Both the position numbers and the translations under genes were made by a program. A DNA stretch of 64,000 nucleotides from Vicugna vicugna (lineage: Eukaryota), in the NCBI GenBank assembly GCA_013265495.1, contig MU062295.1:25170552-25234551 (forward strand), read 5' to 3'. Positions 34,921-47,790 of the stretch are shown piece after piece. Numbering within the stretch: position 1 is the first letter of the stretch; the number at the start of each line of letters is the position of its first letter. The notes under the pieces were generated by a model that made no database searches, was not told the DNA's origin, and was given only the letters and a program-made list of their open reading frames with translations.

Positions 34921-36499
34921 TAATATATACCATTATCACACCAAAGATAATTATGGCTGATATACAGTCCACATTAAGATTTCCACAATGTTTCCCGGGT
35001 ACCTTTTGTAGCTGTTTTTGTTTCTAAACTACGGTGTATTTGCTTGTGATATCTCTGCAAGAGAGGAATTTGCTATATCCCCAGTGCCTAGAAGAGACTG
35101 GGCAGAGCAGGCAACTGAGATGTATTTGTAGGTTGCATGAGCTTAATCCATGGCTCCTGCATGTGAGCAGGCATCTGCTGAGTGTGTAAGATGTGACTGA
35201 GTGATGTCTTTCCCTAGTCAGCTTTGCTTGAGCACAAATATGTCAACCTGGATTTAGAAAACAGATTAATGGAGAACCACACCTTCCTAATCAATGGTAT
35301 GTTTAGGTTCAAATATGTGCACAGAGATGTAAGGTGAATTTTATTATGTGATTTGTGGGCACATTGCTTAGAGACCCCAAAAGGAGCTACCCTTGTGGGT
35401 CTCTGGGGTTCAGTGGGGCACAGTTTGAAAAAAAAAAAAACAGCTTAGAGGCTGCCCCTCCCCCAGAGTGAGCTCATATTCTGGTATGCACATAATCACT
35501 TTTCTTTTTTCTTGCACCAATGGGTTTAATTCTACCTTGTGGAAACATGAAGCAAGCATGGTAAGGAAAACGTGGGTGGCGGCACTCAATACAGTTTTAT
35601 TTTGGAACTTTCAGTCATTGCTGTCTTGCATTCCTTTTTCCTTCACACATTAAAATTATTCATAGCTGTGATGGTAGTATTATTTCTGTGCGGGAAGCTT
35701 AAATTCTGGCTGACAGTAAACGTGGTGAAGTTTGGGAGCGTAGGTTTTTGTGAGGACAAGGAAAACGTGATCGTGGGAAGAAGTGAGTTGTGACTGGCTT
35801 TGGTATGAGACGAGATCGGGGATGTGTGTCCAGGGAAAAAAACAGTGACCTCTCAGTGTACTCTCAGTGGTGACGAAATTCTAAGAAATATTTTAACCAT
35901 TGTTATTTTATGTCTCCATTGGATATTCTCCAAGCATCAACGTTCAATTTTAGGACAGTGCCAAGAGCTTGACAAGTAGCACATAATAGTCCAATCTAAC
36001 CAAGAGGGAGAACCTAACAGGCTTGAAAATGGTGCCTTAGTTCTTTGAGAGCCAGACTTCTAAGTTGTCCTGCTTCATGAAAGTAACAGTTCACCAAACT
36101 GCCTAAAACTAATTACTCATAATAAGCAAGTCTGACTTTTATGAACAACAACAAAAAAGCAGTGAAGACTACGTTAGTCAACAAAAGTAACCTGTTATTT
36201 AAACTTGATCTTTGGCAGTAGGATCCCAACAATCTCTCAATTTGCAGTTTGAGATCTGGCCTATGATTTACTTATTTAGGTTCAATGATATAAAAATTCA
36301 GTGGTGTTATTATCCCTGAATGTTCTAGTTTCCCCTTTTTTTGAAAAATGTATAAGCAACTCTTCATCTATTTTCAGATAAATCACTGAGTCTTAGATGA
36401 TTTTCAAGGATACATAATTTTCAAGGATAGTACTTTTACCATGTAATCATAGATATTTGTGTTTAAGGGAACTAAAGTGTCATTTGGTCTAATTCTCTC

Positions 36500-36665
36500 C
36501 TTCACACGTGAGGAGAAGGAGGTGAGAAGAGATAAACCCACAGCCAGCTGGTGACGGAACCAAGTACGGAACCTAGAATCACTGATGAATGTTACTGGTT
36601 GTTCAAGGTCTCTCACGTCCAGCTGGTGGTGGAAGGAGCGGAACCTGGAATCCCTGATGAACGTT
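36500..36665 (-). repeat. MIR-derived segment tandemly duplicated (period 75 bp)
   Basis: CCAGCTGGTG...GGAACCT(A/G)GAATC(A/C)CTGATGAA(T/C)GTT at 36544-36593 and 36619-36665. Confidence 0.7.
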
Positions 36666-38034
36666 GTTAAGTGCCTGCTGTACACATTTTATTTTCCAGG
36701 CATTTTAAAGAGTACTATTGCAACAATCTAATACTGAAGGTCTACAAAGTGTAGTATGTATACTGTAGTGTTTATGTATGAATGGGTAGAGTGTTTTCAT
36801 TCCATCTTCATGAAGGATGAAAAAGGAATGTTTTTCACGTGAACTCTAACTGTGGAGATGCTAAAGGTATGGGAACTCATAAGCCAGGTGCGTGGCACGC
36901 CCCCCCCCCCTTCTTGGAGAGCCAGTGGTTAATTTTGGATAGTTTGGTGGTTTCCTATGCTTGTGAAAATTCAATGACTAATACCTTAAGCTGTATTTAA
37001 TGGATTGATCACCCAGTGATGTAAGTTCTAGTGGTGATATTTGACCTCTTGCCCCCTCTGCAGCTCATGGGGGTCATTTAACCTTTATGGGCCGTCAGAA
37101 AGCAAAAGCAATAGTCCTTTCCACTTTCACTTGTCAGAAGACATTGCATTTGTCACAGATTTATTACTTTCCCATCTACTACTGGACCACTGACCGACTG
37201 CAACAGATGTGAGAAGCCTTGGCCGCATCTGCTGTCTTCATTCTCTCCCACTTTTCTCACCATTGCACAGCCCCTCCCAGCATTTAGCCAGGAAAGAGTC
37301 AGAGGCAAACGCTTGATGTACTAGGTCAAGTGCCTGACCCCAATGACACTAACCAGGGTTTCTTCAATGGATCTGTTTTACACTTTTAGCAGAAGTAAGA
37401 GCTGCCATTTAAAGTGATCTCTGGCCACTTACTGGTCAGTCCTTGCATGAGATAGGACAGTTGCTCCTCCATTTGTGAGCAGTCATGTGCTGAGCTGGGT
37501 GGAGTAGGGTGGGGTGAGGTGAGAGTTGGTCTGGACTTGAGAGCTATTTGATTGGCTGCACAGGAAGGCGAGGGACAGAGAGGGAGGGGAATTGATTACC
37601 TGTGTCCAAGGAACACATCCAAGGAACAAGGGGTGGGGAGAAGCAGTTAAGTCACTGTTGCTTATTCTTCCTGAAACACTTTCTTATATCTCTTACGGCT
37701 TGGAGCCAAGGCTGTTTCCTTGGTGATAGATTTGTTTATACAAAGTAGGACAAAGAGCAAGTGGCTGTGCTAAAAGAGATGCTCCAGAGGGAAATGCCCA
37801 TCTTTTTGGATGTCTGTGTAAATACTTGTATGGATTTTGTAGATTTTAACGCCAGATAGATAGTGGAAGACCGAAGTTGCTCCAGCAGGCATTCTTATTG
37901 TCAGTAGTGGAAACGGAGTTCCAGGGGCACATAGCTGGTTAGCGTTGGACTGAACTAACCTTTCCTATTGCCACTCAGCATCTTAATTAAAGGGTATATT
38001 TATGGTGTCAGCCACCTGAGTGAGCTGAAGGCCT

Positions 38035-38220
38035 TGCCTGGCACCCAAATCCCCCTCTCCTACCTTGCTGTAGCCTTATCCAGTTACTTAACCAGTCTGT
38101 GCCTCTGTTTCTCAACTGAAAAATCAGTAGGAGAGTAAATGCAAAAACACCTGTGTGAATGTTTAAAGGAGCTCCTGGCTGCTGGTGATTGCTCAGTAAG
38201 TACGAGCTACTGGTATCGTT
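38035..38220 (+). mobile_element. MIR SINE
   Basis: CAGTTACTTAACCAGTCTGTGCCTCTGTTTCTCAACTGAAAAAT...GCTCAGTAAG. Confidence 0.65.
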
Positions 38221-38954
38221 ACTGTTATTCCCTCTTGACTATTTGACTTTCTTACTAGCAATTTTGTCAACATTTAAAAAATGAAAAGTAGAAGTGACAC
38301 CTTATAAAAGAAAACCTTGTGAATTATTTATAGATTCAGTTGGCCACTTGTAACACGTGAAAATGAGCTGATGTCATAAACAAAAGGGATTCACAGTTTA
38401 GCTCTTAGGCAGTGCCTCTGTTGAAAACCAAATATACACATACACACTCTCACACATGCACACATATATATTTTAAGAAAAAATATATTCATTTAAACAT
38501 GTTACAGAAAAATGTCAATATAATTTTTGTAATTTCCTGGAACTATAAAATTTAAAAACTTAGATATTATGTTCACGTCCTCTACTCCCTTGATTTACAA
38601 GGAAGGAAGGAAGCCAGAGAGTCAGTGCCTCATTCAAGATTACATAGTTAATAGTGGAGTCAGGCAGGCAGACTTGGCCTCTCTTTAAGTCACAGACGTG
38701 TGTTACAGATCTTCGTGTGCAACACCTGCCTAGCTAACGTGTCACACTAGTTTGCTTCAATATTGGATGGTTGTAACAATGAGAATTTTACAGAACACTT
38801 TTCATGTAGATAAAAATAGTTAATTGAAATCTTTAGACAGTTTATAAAATACTTCAACAAGGTATTTTTCCTTAATGATGGAGAGATTAAAAGCTTGAGG
38901 TGGAATTGGGAAGAAGTTAAAAAGACGTCAGTGACTAACATCTTATTCAAAGAG

Positions 38955-38976
38955 GTGTGTGTGTGTGTGTGTGTGT
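38955..38976. repeat. (GT)11 microsatellite
   Basis: Direct reading. Confidence 0.95.
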
Positions 38977-40489
38977 TACTCTGTGGGTCTAGAGATAAAA
39001 TGAAATGGGAGCCAGTATCTTTGACACCTTCCCCTATTTTGTCATTCAGTTGAGTGGCTTTGGAAGAATATCCACTTTCCTTTTCCACATTTTGATTGTG
39101 TTTAAAATAGAGCATAAAGTAACTTCAAAGGGTAGAAATTTTCAAGGCTGGTGAAGTACATTCGTATAGTAACATGTACCTGCAGGTGTGAAATGGGTTG
39201 GTATCTGGATTTTGACTGTTGTCTTCGGATACCATTAAAAAGAGTCAAAGATAACGTTGAAAAGAGTCAGCTGATGGTACCTGAATGTTAAAGAAGCAAA
39301 TAGTAAAAATAAGTTCATGGGAAGAATGGAAACAATCTATTCTGGTTGTTTAAAATGTTTAACACCTAAAAGTGGGTTTACTGCCTAAATGGTTGAGGGC
39401 TGAGGAATTGTAAGCAGAGAGTGCATGAGCTTAGACAGTGTGCGACTCACTGCTGACAAGTTACCAATAGTTAAGTCATGCAAAGCACACTTTAGAAATT
39501 TAAGAAAGAATTTCAGATTAAATATTGTGATTTTAGTTACTCTATTCTTTCTGTGTAGTCATAAAATGAAAAGGAAAACCACTTGTAAAATAAACCTGGT
39601 TTGAAACCCAAATGCTGTAAAACTTAAAAAGCTTCATTTGGGACATTTATTTGACGGCTCCATATAAGATTTTTTTGGCAGAGCTGTGTTGTCCTGGAAA
39701 TCAAACGAGATGGTTGTTGACTGAAAAAAACTTGAACTGAACAAGGAAAATACTGAAAAAACTGAACAAGGAACTGGATATTTGCATTAAATTTCCATGT
39801 AGTATGAAAATATATTGCAAATAAAAAATTTACATTTTTAAGTACCAAATGAATGACAATACAAAGCAGAGTGGAGTTATCCTTCTAACATTTATCCAAA
39901 AGCATGTTTCTAAAGAAAATATTTTTTTACTGATTTTTTTTGAAAGGTATGTAAATATTATCAAATTATTCACCAGGCAGGAAGGGAGAGACCAGAGTTG
40001 CAGCCTTGTCTGCAAACAGCCAGTTCTATGACCAGAGACTGTTTCTTTGCTTCTCTAAATCTCAGTTCCTTCATCTGAAAAATAAAATGACTTGGCTAGG
40101 TCGTCTAAAGATTTCTTGTATTTCTGCAAATCTGTCATTATTAATAATTTGAGAATTCATAGGTCAATATGGGCCAAGAGCTTGAAAGCTTTGTTGAGGA
40201 TATAACAGGAACTAGATTTTGAAAGAAAGAAAAAACCTGGTTTTTCAGAAAGGAGGCATTCCACTTGGACATACAGCATGAACAGGGATGTTATTTGAAG
40301 GGGCATCGTCATAACTTATTGCCCTTATTATTATTAGAACAAAGTCATTTATAGGTGGATTGAATCAGGGATTGATTCAGCAGATTTGGAGCAGCCATTG
40401 AAAGAAATTTTTAAGCAGCTAGAAGGAATGACATTGAATGGAATTACAGCGTAGGTGATGAACATGCCGTATCACAGGTCTGCTTAGAT

Positions 40490-40900
40490 ATGGAATTTAA
40501 CATACTTACACTTCTGTGCACTAAGGATTAAGGAAAAAGCCGACAGTAGAGCCTTACACCAAGGCTTACCAGATGTATGCTGGGTAATGCTGAGGGAGAG
40601 GTGTTGAAAGAGTGCTGGATGCTGAGAGGGTGAGATGTGGGACTGACATGATGGGTTGGTTGGGAACCAGAAGGTCCCAAAGACAGTAAAGAGGATGGCT
40701 GTGGTCCAGGAAGGGGAACGGTGGCTGTGCTCCTTGTGATTTGAGATAATAAGGCTCAGGCTGTGACCATGGTAATGAGACTTGATGTGCAGTGGGGACA
40801 AGTCACATACACAATTAGGGAAGAATGTGAGAGTTGTGGGGTCAGAGTGGCACAGATGTTTCAACTCTTAAGTGTGATGACTGCAGAGTGCAGGGGTGAA
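40490..40900 (-). mobile_element. L2 LINE fragment
   Basis: GGTGGCTGTGCTCCTTGTGATTTGAGATAATAAGGCTCAGGCTGTGACCATGGTAATGAGACTTGATGTGCAGTGG resembles reversed L2 RT-region sequence (HGHSLSLII on the minus strand). Confidence 0.55.
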
Positions 40901-41089
40901 AAGTCTGAGCCAGGGGTAGGAGAGAGGGGAGGGGAGTTTTTGTGTAAGCGTGTGTGTGGTGATTATGAATCTTTTTTCGGGAACCAGCTGTGTCATTGTC
41001 AGTTACCTGCTGGGAGTATAATCTCTTAACCTCGCAGGGCGTCTGTGCTCTCAAAGCCGAAATGAGGGGGAACAGTTGAGCTGTATCAT

Positions 41090-41686
41090 CAGTGCTACTC
41101 ATCAGGGGCAGTATTGCCCTCTAAAGGGCATCCTGAAAATGTGGGGGTGTTTTATGTTGTCTCATTGTTAGTAGGGCAGGTTCCAGTTGTGTTATACATT
41201 CTGTAGTTTCACGACAGTCCTGCCAAGCAGAATTATCTGGTGTCCTTCATAATGACCCAGTTGGCATTGCTGAAGGATACCATATAAAAAAGTCTCATCT
41301 CTGTTTACCTTAACTCAAGTTTTTAATTCCATGTACTGTATGTCCCTTTGTCCTCTTATTTTCTGTTTTTCTTATGAGGAATGTTTTCCGATCGTGTTTT
41401 TCTCCAAATCTAAACTCACTCATTTATAAGTAGAAACAACAAGTAGAAATATGCAGTTGAATACACCTTACGTCTTTTAGTGTCTAAGCATTAGTTCACT
41501 TATTGAAATACATAATATTTTAAATTAGTTTCCTCTATTTCTCATTATGATAAAGGGCATGGGCACATACACATGTCTTAAAATTACGTAGAGATGAATG
41601 ATCACAATTTCACTTCAGTATGGCAAAGGTGGAGATGCTAAAATATGTTTATGTTAAGGGCACGTCTGTTAAGGTTGAGAACCGTG
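41090..41686 (+). mobile_element. MER20/MER20B-like hAT non-autonomous element
   Basis: Starts CAGTGCTACTCATCAGGGGCAGTATTGCCCTCTAAAGGGCAT...; ends AAGGTTGAGAACCGTG (TIR-like). Confidence 0.6.
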
Positions 41687-43119
41687 TCACTAGATGATCC
41701 CCAAGGTTTCTGACTCCTGACATCTCTCAAATACTACAGCTGCATTTGAAGAGGCAGGTTTTCTCTACTGGGAAGTGTTAAAAACTGACAGCATCAGATT
41801 GGGAATCAGGTGGAAATCAGTCACTTCTTGTGAATCCAGGAGGATCTGAAAAGGTCGCGATCTTTCTGGAGGAAAGGCAGGTGCCGGGACCTTGGGGATG
41901 CAGGCAGATGGGATGAAGTGAAGGAGGATGCATCGGTTCAGCCCACAGAGGAAGGGAGGGGAGCACTGAGGGGAGGGCGCTAACAATTAGAAATGATGAC
42001 TTCACACTCCTTTTTTTTTAGCTGCATCTAGATGATCCTCCTATTTGGTTGAAAGTAGGTGGTATAAGAGGTTTTCCAAATTATGTAGCTGCCCACCAAT
42101 GTGTCCCTTTCTTCTGGAAGTTTATTTTGGTTCTGAATTCTGACATGGTGCCGACATCCATCCGTAGTGTGAAGGTCTCCTACCAGAATGTGAGAAAAAA
42201 GTCATGCGTGATATGCAGTCTTCCTTTTTATTTCAACAGGCACACTGTTGCCACTTGAGTTTTTAATTGGATGATTTTTCTATCTTCCGCTTGTAGGCTG
42301 ATATAATATATTAAAGAATATTTAAAATATTAAAACTGCAGTGATTATAAATACCTGCCAGGTGAGAAAGTATGAATGTCAAAATAATGAGACATTCTTT
42401 ATAATATAACGTGGGATTTCTTGGGTTTACTCCCTTTTTTTCATTTAAAGTTGGTTTTCGACCAGAGAAAGTTTGAACTTGACATCCAACACGAATTCTC
42501 ATAGGAAAGTAAATAAAATTCTGAGGAGATATTTTGGAGTCAGACTTAAGGGGATTTTTAATAAAAACTGTCCTTGTTTCAGTCTAGAAAAAGTTGCTTT
42601 ATTATAAGCATTATTACTTGAGGAAAAAAATTAGATACAGCTTGAAAGGATGAATAGATGGATGAAAAATCAAGTGAAAAATGAAACAATTATTAATGTA
42701 ACTTTTATTTGTGGTGTGTAATGGGGATTGAAGATTCAAAATTGTGGTCAGATGTTAAATGCACTTGGCATAACTTTTATAATATTTGTTCACTCTAGAA
42801 CATTTAGTTAATATTGACAAGCACAGATTTTAAAAAAACCAATAAATTGCCTACAAAACCAGTGTCTGAAGTTAGTGACATTAACATTTTGGTGCACGTC
42901 ATTTTAGTCATTTTTCTCTGTTGCTCTTTAAAAAGTGCCCGTTAAAAAGTGAAGCCCAGTGGATGGAGCCCTGAGTTCCTGGAGAAGAGGAAGTATCCGA
43001 CCCTGCTCTCCAGGAACCCACAGCTTCTGTGACAGCCCCTCGTGTGATTGCTTTATTCCTCTGGGCTTGAGACACTTGCCCTGTTGTTGTTTGTGGAATC
43101 ATGGTCCTCGTTTATTGAG

Positions 43120-43290
43120 TATCTACTGTGTAGTATTTGGCGCTTTATGTAAATTATTTCCAACCCTTATAATAGCCCTGCAGGTAGGTATTGTTACTTC
43201 ATTTTGCAGATAAGGGAAGGGATGTTCAAAGGGGTTAGGTGGCTCAAAGAGGTTAGACTCCACGTGCAATGAGTCCCAGCGTTTCAGATC
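43120..43290 (-). mobile_element. MIR SINE
   Basis: TTTATTGAGTATCTACTGTG...CCCTGCAGGTAGGTATTGTTACTTCATTTTGCAGATAAGGGAA. Confidence 0.8.
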
Positions 43291-44984
43291 CCAAAGCCTG
43301 CATTTGTCCTTGTAGCACCAGACTCACAGGACGGGCACCCCATCAGAATGAGGGATTGTATCATTGGCCAATAGGCGTTAGGGAAGGTTGGGAGGGTGTG
43401 AGAACCAGTGGGGACTAGGCTGATGAGGCTCTTGGGGCAGAAAGGGTGCCTAGGTCGAGGTGGGCGTGGCAAGCCGGTGTCCTTGGATGGGTTGAGTCCT
43501 TGATGAGAGAAGTGGGAGGTGGGCCTGAGGCCAGATGGGGGAAACAGCTGGGGCAGAGCCCAGAGGGTCTTGACTGGCAGACTGCAGGGCCTGACAACCT
43601 AGTGAACCAGGCTGTTCCTGTATGCCGACTGATTTTATGGTTTACAGAGAGATTTAAAAGAGACTTTGGAGATGACGAGAGCTATTGAATTCATAGAATG
43701 TTTTTGGCACATTTGTTGGTGAAATTTGGATAAACTGATGCTTGGGGACGAATGGTTACAGATGCTGCTCCGTTTATCCTGCACGCGTGCTCCCCATTGC
43801 AGTGATAGCCTTCTTCAACAAAAAGGTTGTTCTGATATAAACGATGGCTGAAAACAGTGGTTTGACATCCTGTCCTGGCTTAGGAAGCATAATTCTGTCT
43901 CTAGTGAAAGACTATTTGAATGAGGAAGAGTACATGTAACCAAGACCAGATAAGCTTGTTGCATGGTGATAACTCCAAAAGGAAGGAAGGTATGACAAAG
44001 GAACTTAAAATATCTGTGGTATCTGTAAGTTGCAGACTTGCTCCAATTCCCAAGGGGCATTTGAAGTACAGAGAAGAGAGATGGGCTCTGTTCTGAGCCT
44101 CTTTCCTCGTATTTCATTTTTACTTCTTTTTTACTGCTTTTCCATTGTCCCATTGTTCTATTGTCTCACCAACCCCTCTCCCTTCTAGTTCCCCACTCTT
44201 TCACACATGCACGTTTCTGAATGCCTGCTCGCCGGCCTCCTCTTGGCCAAGAGCCCAGGCAGGCGTTATCAGCCTCCCCCCACTTGGCCAGGAGCCTGCC
44301 GGGAGCCACTGAGCGTCTTGTCCGTTTCTCTTTGCCCTTCACAGTTGCATTGCTTTCTGCTTGGCAGCTCCTGACCTGGGGATAATAGCCAGTACTGTGC
44401 TAGACACTCTGGATCTCAATAAATGTTTCCTGGAGGAGTTCATTACTCATTGGGAGGAGAGAACCCTTCATGGGAGGGCTTCCTCTTTAGGTAGCCGTGG
44501 ATCCGAAAAATACATATATCTTTTTTCTTTTTCTGTACACCTGGTTGATGCCTGACTCAATATTGTAGGCTTATAATGATTTTAAATTTACAAGTGCTCT
44601 GTGCAGAAAGCTTTTATTAAAAACTCAGGGAACTTTTGGCTTATGGGCCAAATAGGGATGTAGTTCAATTCTGTCTATCCCTGAACAGTATTAAGAGGTG
44701 TCACAGTTCTGAAAATGTCACCATGAGTTTTGAAAACGTTGAGAATAGTGCCTGCAAGATGAGGATTTTATTCTATGGGGGAAAAACAGGAAAAAAACTG
44801 CTTTATTTTTCTTGATAAAATTGGGGCAGTGTAGGATTCCGCACTTTTCAGAGTAGGAAGATGCTGCTGTTGTTGTTGTTTTAATCTGAAAATAGGAAGT
44901 AAACAGCATTTTATAAAATGATTATTTGAATTTGTAAGGGCTCCAATATTTTATGAAATTTGTTGACACTGGTTACCCGCTGCC

Positions 44985-45129
44985 TTTTGGGGGAGCCTGG
45001 GGGAGGTAATTAGGTTTGTTTGTTTGTTTATGTATTTATTTATTTATTTATGAATAGAGGTCCTGGGGACTGAACCCAGGACCTTGTGCATGCTAAGTGT
45101 GCTCTCTACCACTGAGCTACACCCTCGCC
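44985..45129 (-). mobile_element. tRNA-derived camelid SINE (Vic-1-like), antisense
   Basis: GGGGAGGTAATTAGGTTT...GGGGACTGAACCCAGGACCTTGTGCATGCTAAG...CTACCACTGAGCTACACCCTCGCC. Confidence 0.9.
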
Positions 45130-45697
45130 TCTGCTACTTTCCCCATTCTATGTGGGAGTTTGAATCTACTGTTCTTGACAAAGTATTATTTGTAGATGAA
45201 TTAGATATTTGACCCTCAATATAAGAACTGTGCTTCATCCCAGATTAAAAATAAAGAAGGTGTTAAACATTGGCAAAGAACAGAAAATAGGCTTCTAACA
45301 GGTAAAGAAGAAAAGGATGGCATTCCCTGTCGACAAAGAATTATAACCTCATTTGTGGGTTGAGATATACACATGTGAAATGTTTCGTGAACTAGGCAGT
45401 GTTATTTATGACCGTATATACATTTGTTTTTCATCTCTACCCTGTGTATTTCCCCAAAGGATTTGTGTCTGTTTGTATATGAGTGCGCATAGCCTGGGTG
45501 TAAATCAATTTATAATGAGGTGCCTTGTAAGAGAATTAGCAGGAGAAGGGAGGAAGCAAGCCCTCAAGTCAGGTTGGAAGGCTTCCCAGAGCAGGGAGCC
45601 TCCAGGACGGGGCTGCACTGCATGGAGAGGGCTGGGGTCCTTCTTGGTGAGGTCAGAAGTGTGAGCAAACTAGCAGATGCTCCAAAGGGTATGTATG

Positions 45698-45925
45698 CAG
45701 GTGACCCCTGAACAACACGGGTTTGAATTGTGGGAATCCACTTATACGTGGATTTTTTTCAACACTTCTTGGTCTGAGTTTGGTTGAATCCAAAGAAACA
45801 GAACTATGGATATGGAGGAACTGCAGATACAGAGGGCTGGCCATAAGTTACACATAGATTTTTGATGGCACAAAGGATCAGAGGGTCAGCACCCCTAACC
45901 CCTGCCGCCGTTCAAGGGTCAACTG
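45698..45925. mobile_element. MER8 (Tigger-derived Tc1/mariner MITE), full length
   Basis: TIRs CAGGTGACCCCTGAACAAC...GTTCAAGGGTCAACTG; internal GGGTTTGAATTG...CCACTTATACGTGGATTTTTTTCAA. Confidence 0.85.
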
Positions 45926-46109
45926 TGTCGAAATTGTGGTATGGTTGGATACCTGTCATTCTTTTGGCTGCTGGGCATCTGAGGTCATACCCTTATCTGG
46001 TTTGGAGAATTCCTTACTTTCTGAGTAAAAGAATAAAATTCTCTTCTGCTTAGAGTTGATGTCTGTATCTTGCAATCAGAAGCCCTAATAGAGATGCATA
46101 TACCTCATT

Positions 46110-46340
46110 GGGCACTTTCTTTTGTGCCAAGAAAGCTTGATGTGTTTTATGCATATAGGCTCATTCAAGTGTCAACACAACTCTGAAAGGAGATAATGTT
46201 GCTTCCCAATTTACCTCTGAAAAACTTGAAATTCAGAGAGGCTAAGTAACTTGACTAAGGTCACACAGGCAGCAAGCAGAGAGCTGGGATGTGATCCAGG
46301 CTTTTTTGACACAGAGACTGTGATCTTAACCTCTGTGTAC
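46110..46340 (-). mobile_element. MIR SINE
   Basis: TTCAGAGAGGCTAAGTAACTTGACTAAGGTCACACAGGCAGCAAGCAGAG. Confidence 0.8.
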
Positions 46341-46689
46341 CACCTCCCACACTCTGAGGAGAACAGATCATAACCATTCACTACCTGTATGTATTTTGGA
46401 GTACTTTGTTATGAAAGGATTTTTCTCAAAACACAGTTGAGGAAGGATTTGGCTGTTTTACTTGAGTATCGAAAATAGGATTTGACAGGTGTAGCTGTCA
46501 TTGGATAGAACATGAAATGGGAAGTGAGTTTTCTTATTCTTGATCTGCTTTGCTTTGAGATGTTTGGTACTGATACCAAGGCACTCAGGAGCTCCTAAAG
46601 ACCACACTTATTTGGAAGAGGGACAGTTGGGAAGGAGGAAATGGGGAGGAAAGAAGCTGCCACAACAACTCTGTCAGGAGTTCTGTTTG

Positions 46690-47040
46690 TCACATTATGA
46701 AACTTTTACAACTCCTGGGGATTTTGCCTGGAACAACCTATATCCAGATATCCCCTCCTCCCCACTTCTTTCAGGTCTCTGTTCAAGTGTCAGTTAAGAG
46801 AGGGCTTCTCTTCCCGTCTCTAATAACCTAACCTCCCCTCCTTCATCCTCTTAACCGGCTTGATTTATTTTCATAGCACTTCTTCATCATCTAACAGATT
46901 ATACATACCTTTCTTTTCGCTCTCCAAACCACTAGAACGTGAGCTTCATGAGAGCAGGGTCTTTATTTTGCTCACTGCCAAATTCCCAGCATATAGAAGG
47001 TACCTGATACATGGTAGGTGTTCAGTAAATGAATGTGAGG
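46690..47040 (+). mobile_element. L2 (L2a-like) 3' region
   Basis: TTTTGCCTGGAACAACC...TTCAGGTCTCTGTTCAAGTGTC...CACTAGAACGTGAGCTTCATGAGAGCAGGG...GTAGGTGTTCAGTAAATGAATG. Confidence 0.85.
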
Positions 47041-47521
47041 AAACAGAGTCTCTGAAAGTTTTATGCAACTTGCCTAATCACATGGAAAATGTTGGAACCA
47101 CGTATCAAATTCTAGTCTATGTGACTCCTAAAGTCCCTCATGTTCCCCCCTTTGCTAGTGACACTCAGAAGATTCCTATATTCGTGCATGACTGAGGTAA
47201 GGGACATCTCATAGGATTTTTTAGTTAGCTTAAAAAAAATCATAGCAAAAAAAAAATGTAGCCAGCCAACTTTCCTGTTTTACAAATGAGGAAATGACCA
47301 TCCATGATCCATAGAGATTAGGTGACATGATCAAAGTAATTTCACTGTTTACTGATGGAGAAAAGACCAGAGTCAAGATAGCCAATCTCCAGCTCAGTCC
47401 TATCTCCGTACAGCCTCCTGCATTTACTTTCTTCTTGATAAAATGAGCCCTGTTCTGGTGCAGAATATAGGTATCAGTCATTAGTGATGGGTGTGAAATA
47501 GTGGGCCGTGTTATTTTAATG

Positions 47522-47790
47522 CAGTAAAGCGGAGACTGCGAACCAGATGCTCACAGGGACCGGCAGATAGCATAACAGATGAGCAGGACTGGTGGGAACT
47601 ATGGTAGGCTGGGAGTGTATCCACTCTTCAGAGGGGCAGGGCCCACAGCACCTGCTGCCCATCCAGAGAAACATGTTACAAGAGAAAAAGGTGCTAAACC
47701 AATCTAAAAATGTTTGAAATACCCCATTGGACAGACAAAACATTTCTGCCAGCCAAGTCTAGCCTGCAGGCTCCCAGTTGGTGTCTGCTG
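47522..47790. mobile_element. MER45-like hAT element
   Basis: CTCACAGGGACCGGCAGATAGCAT...CAGAGGGGCAG...ACAAAACATTTCTGCCAGCCAAGTCTAGCCTGCAGGCTCCCAGTTGGTGTCTG. Confidence 0.55.

Noticed and set aside
14345-45129. Inverted SINE pairs forming dsRNA (ADAR editing or circRNA)
   Set aside because: The nearest oppositely oriented SINE copies are about 23 kb apart and diverged; pairing is unlikely to be efficient.
46500-46520. TTGGATAGAA as part of ARHGAP18 exon 2
   Set aside because: The surrounding sequence does not encode the expected exon 2 peptide; exon 2 appears to lie beyond the window.
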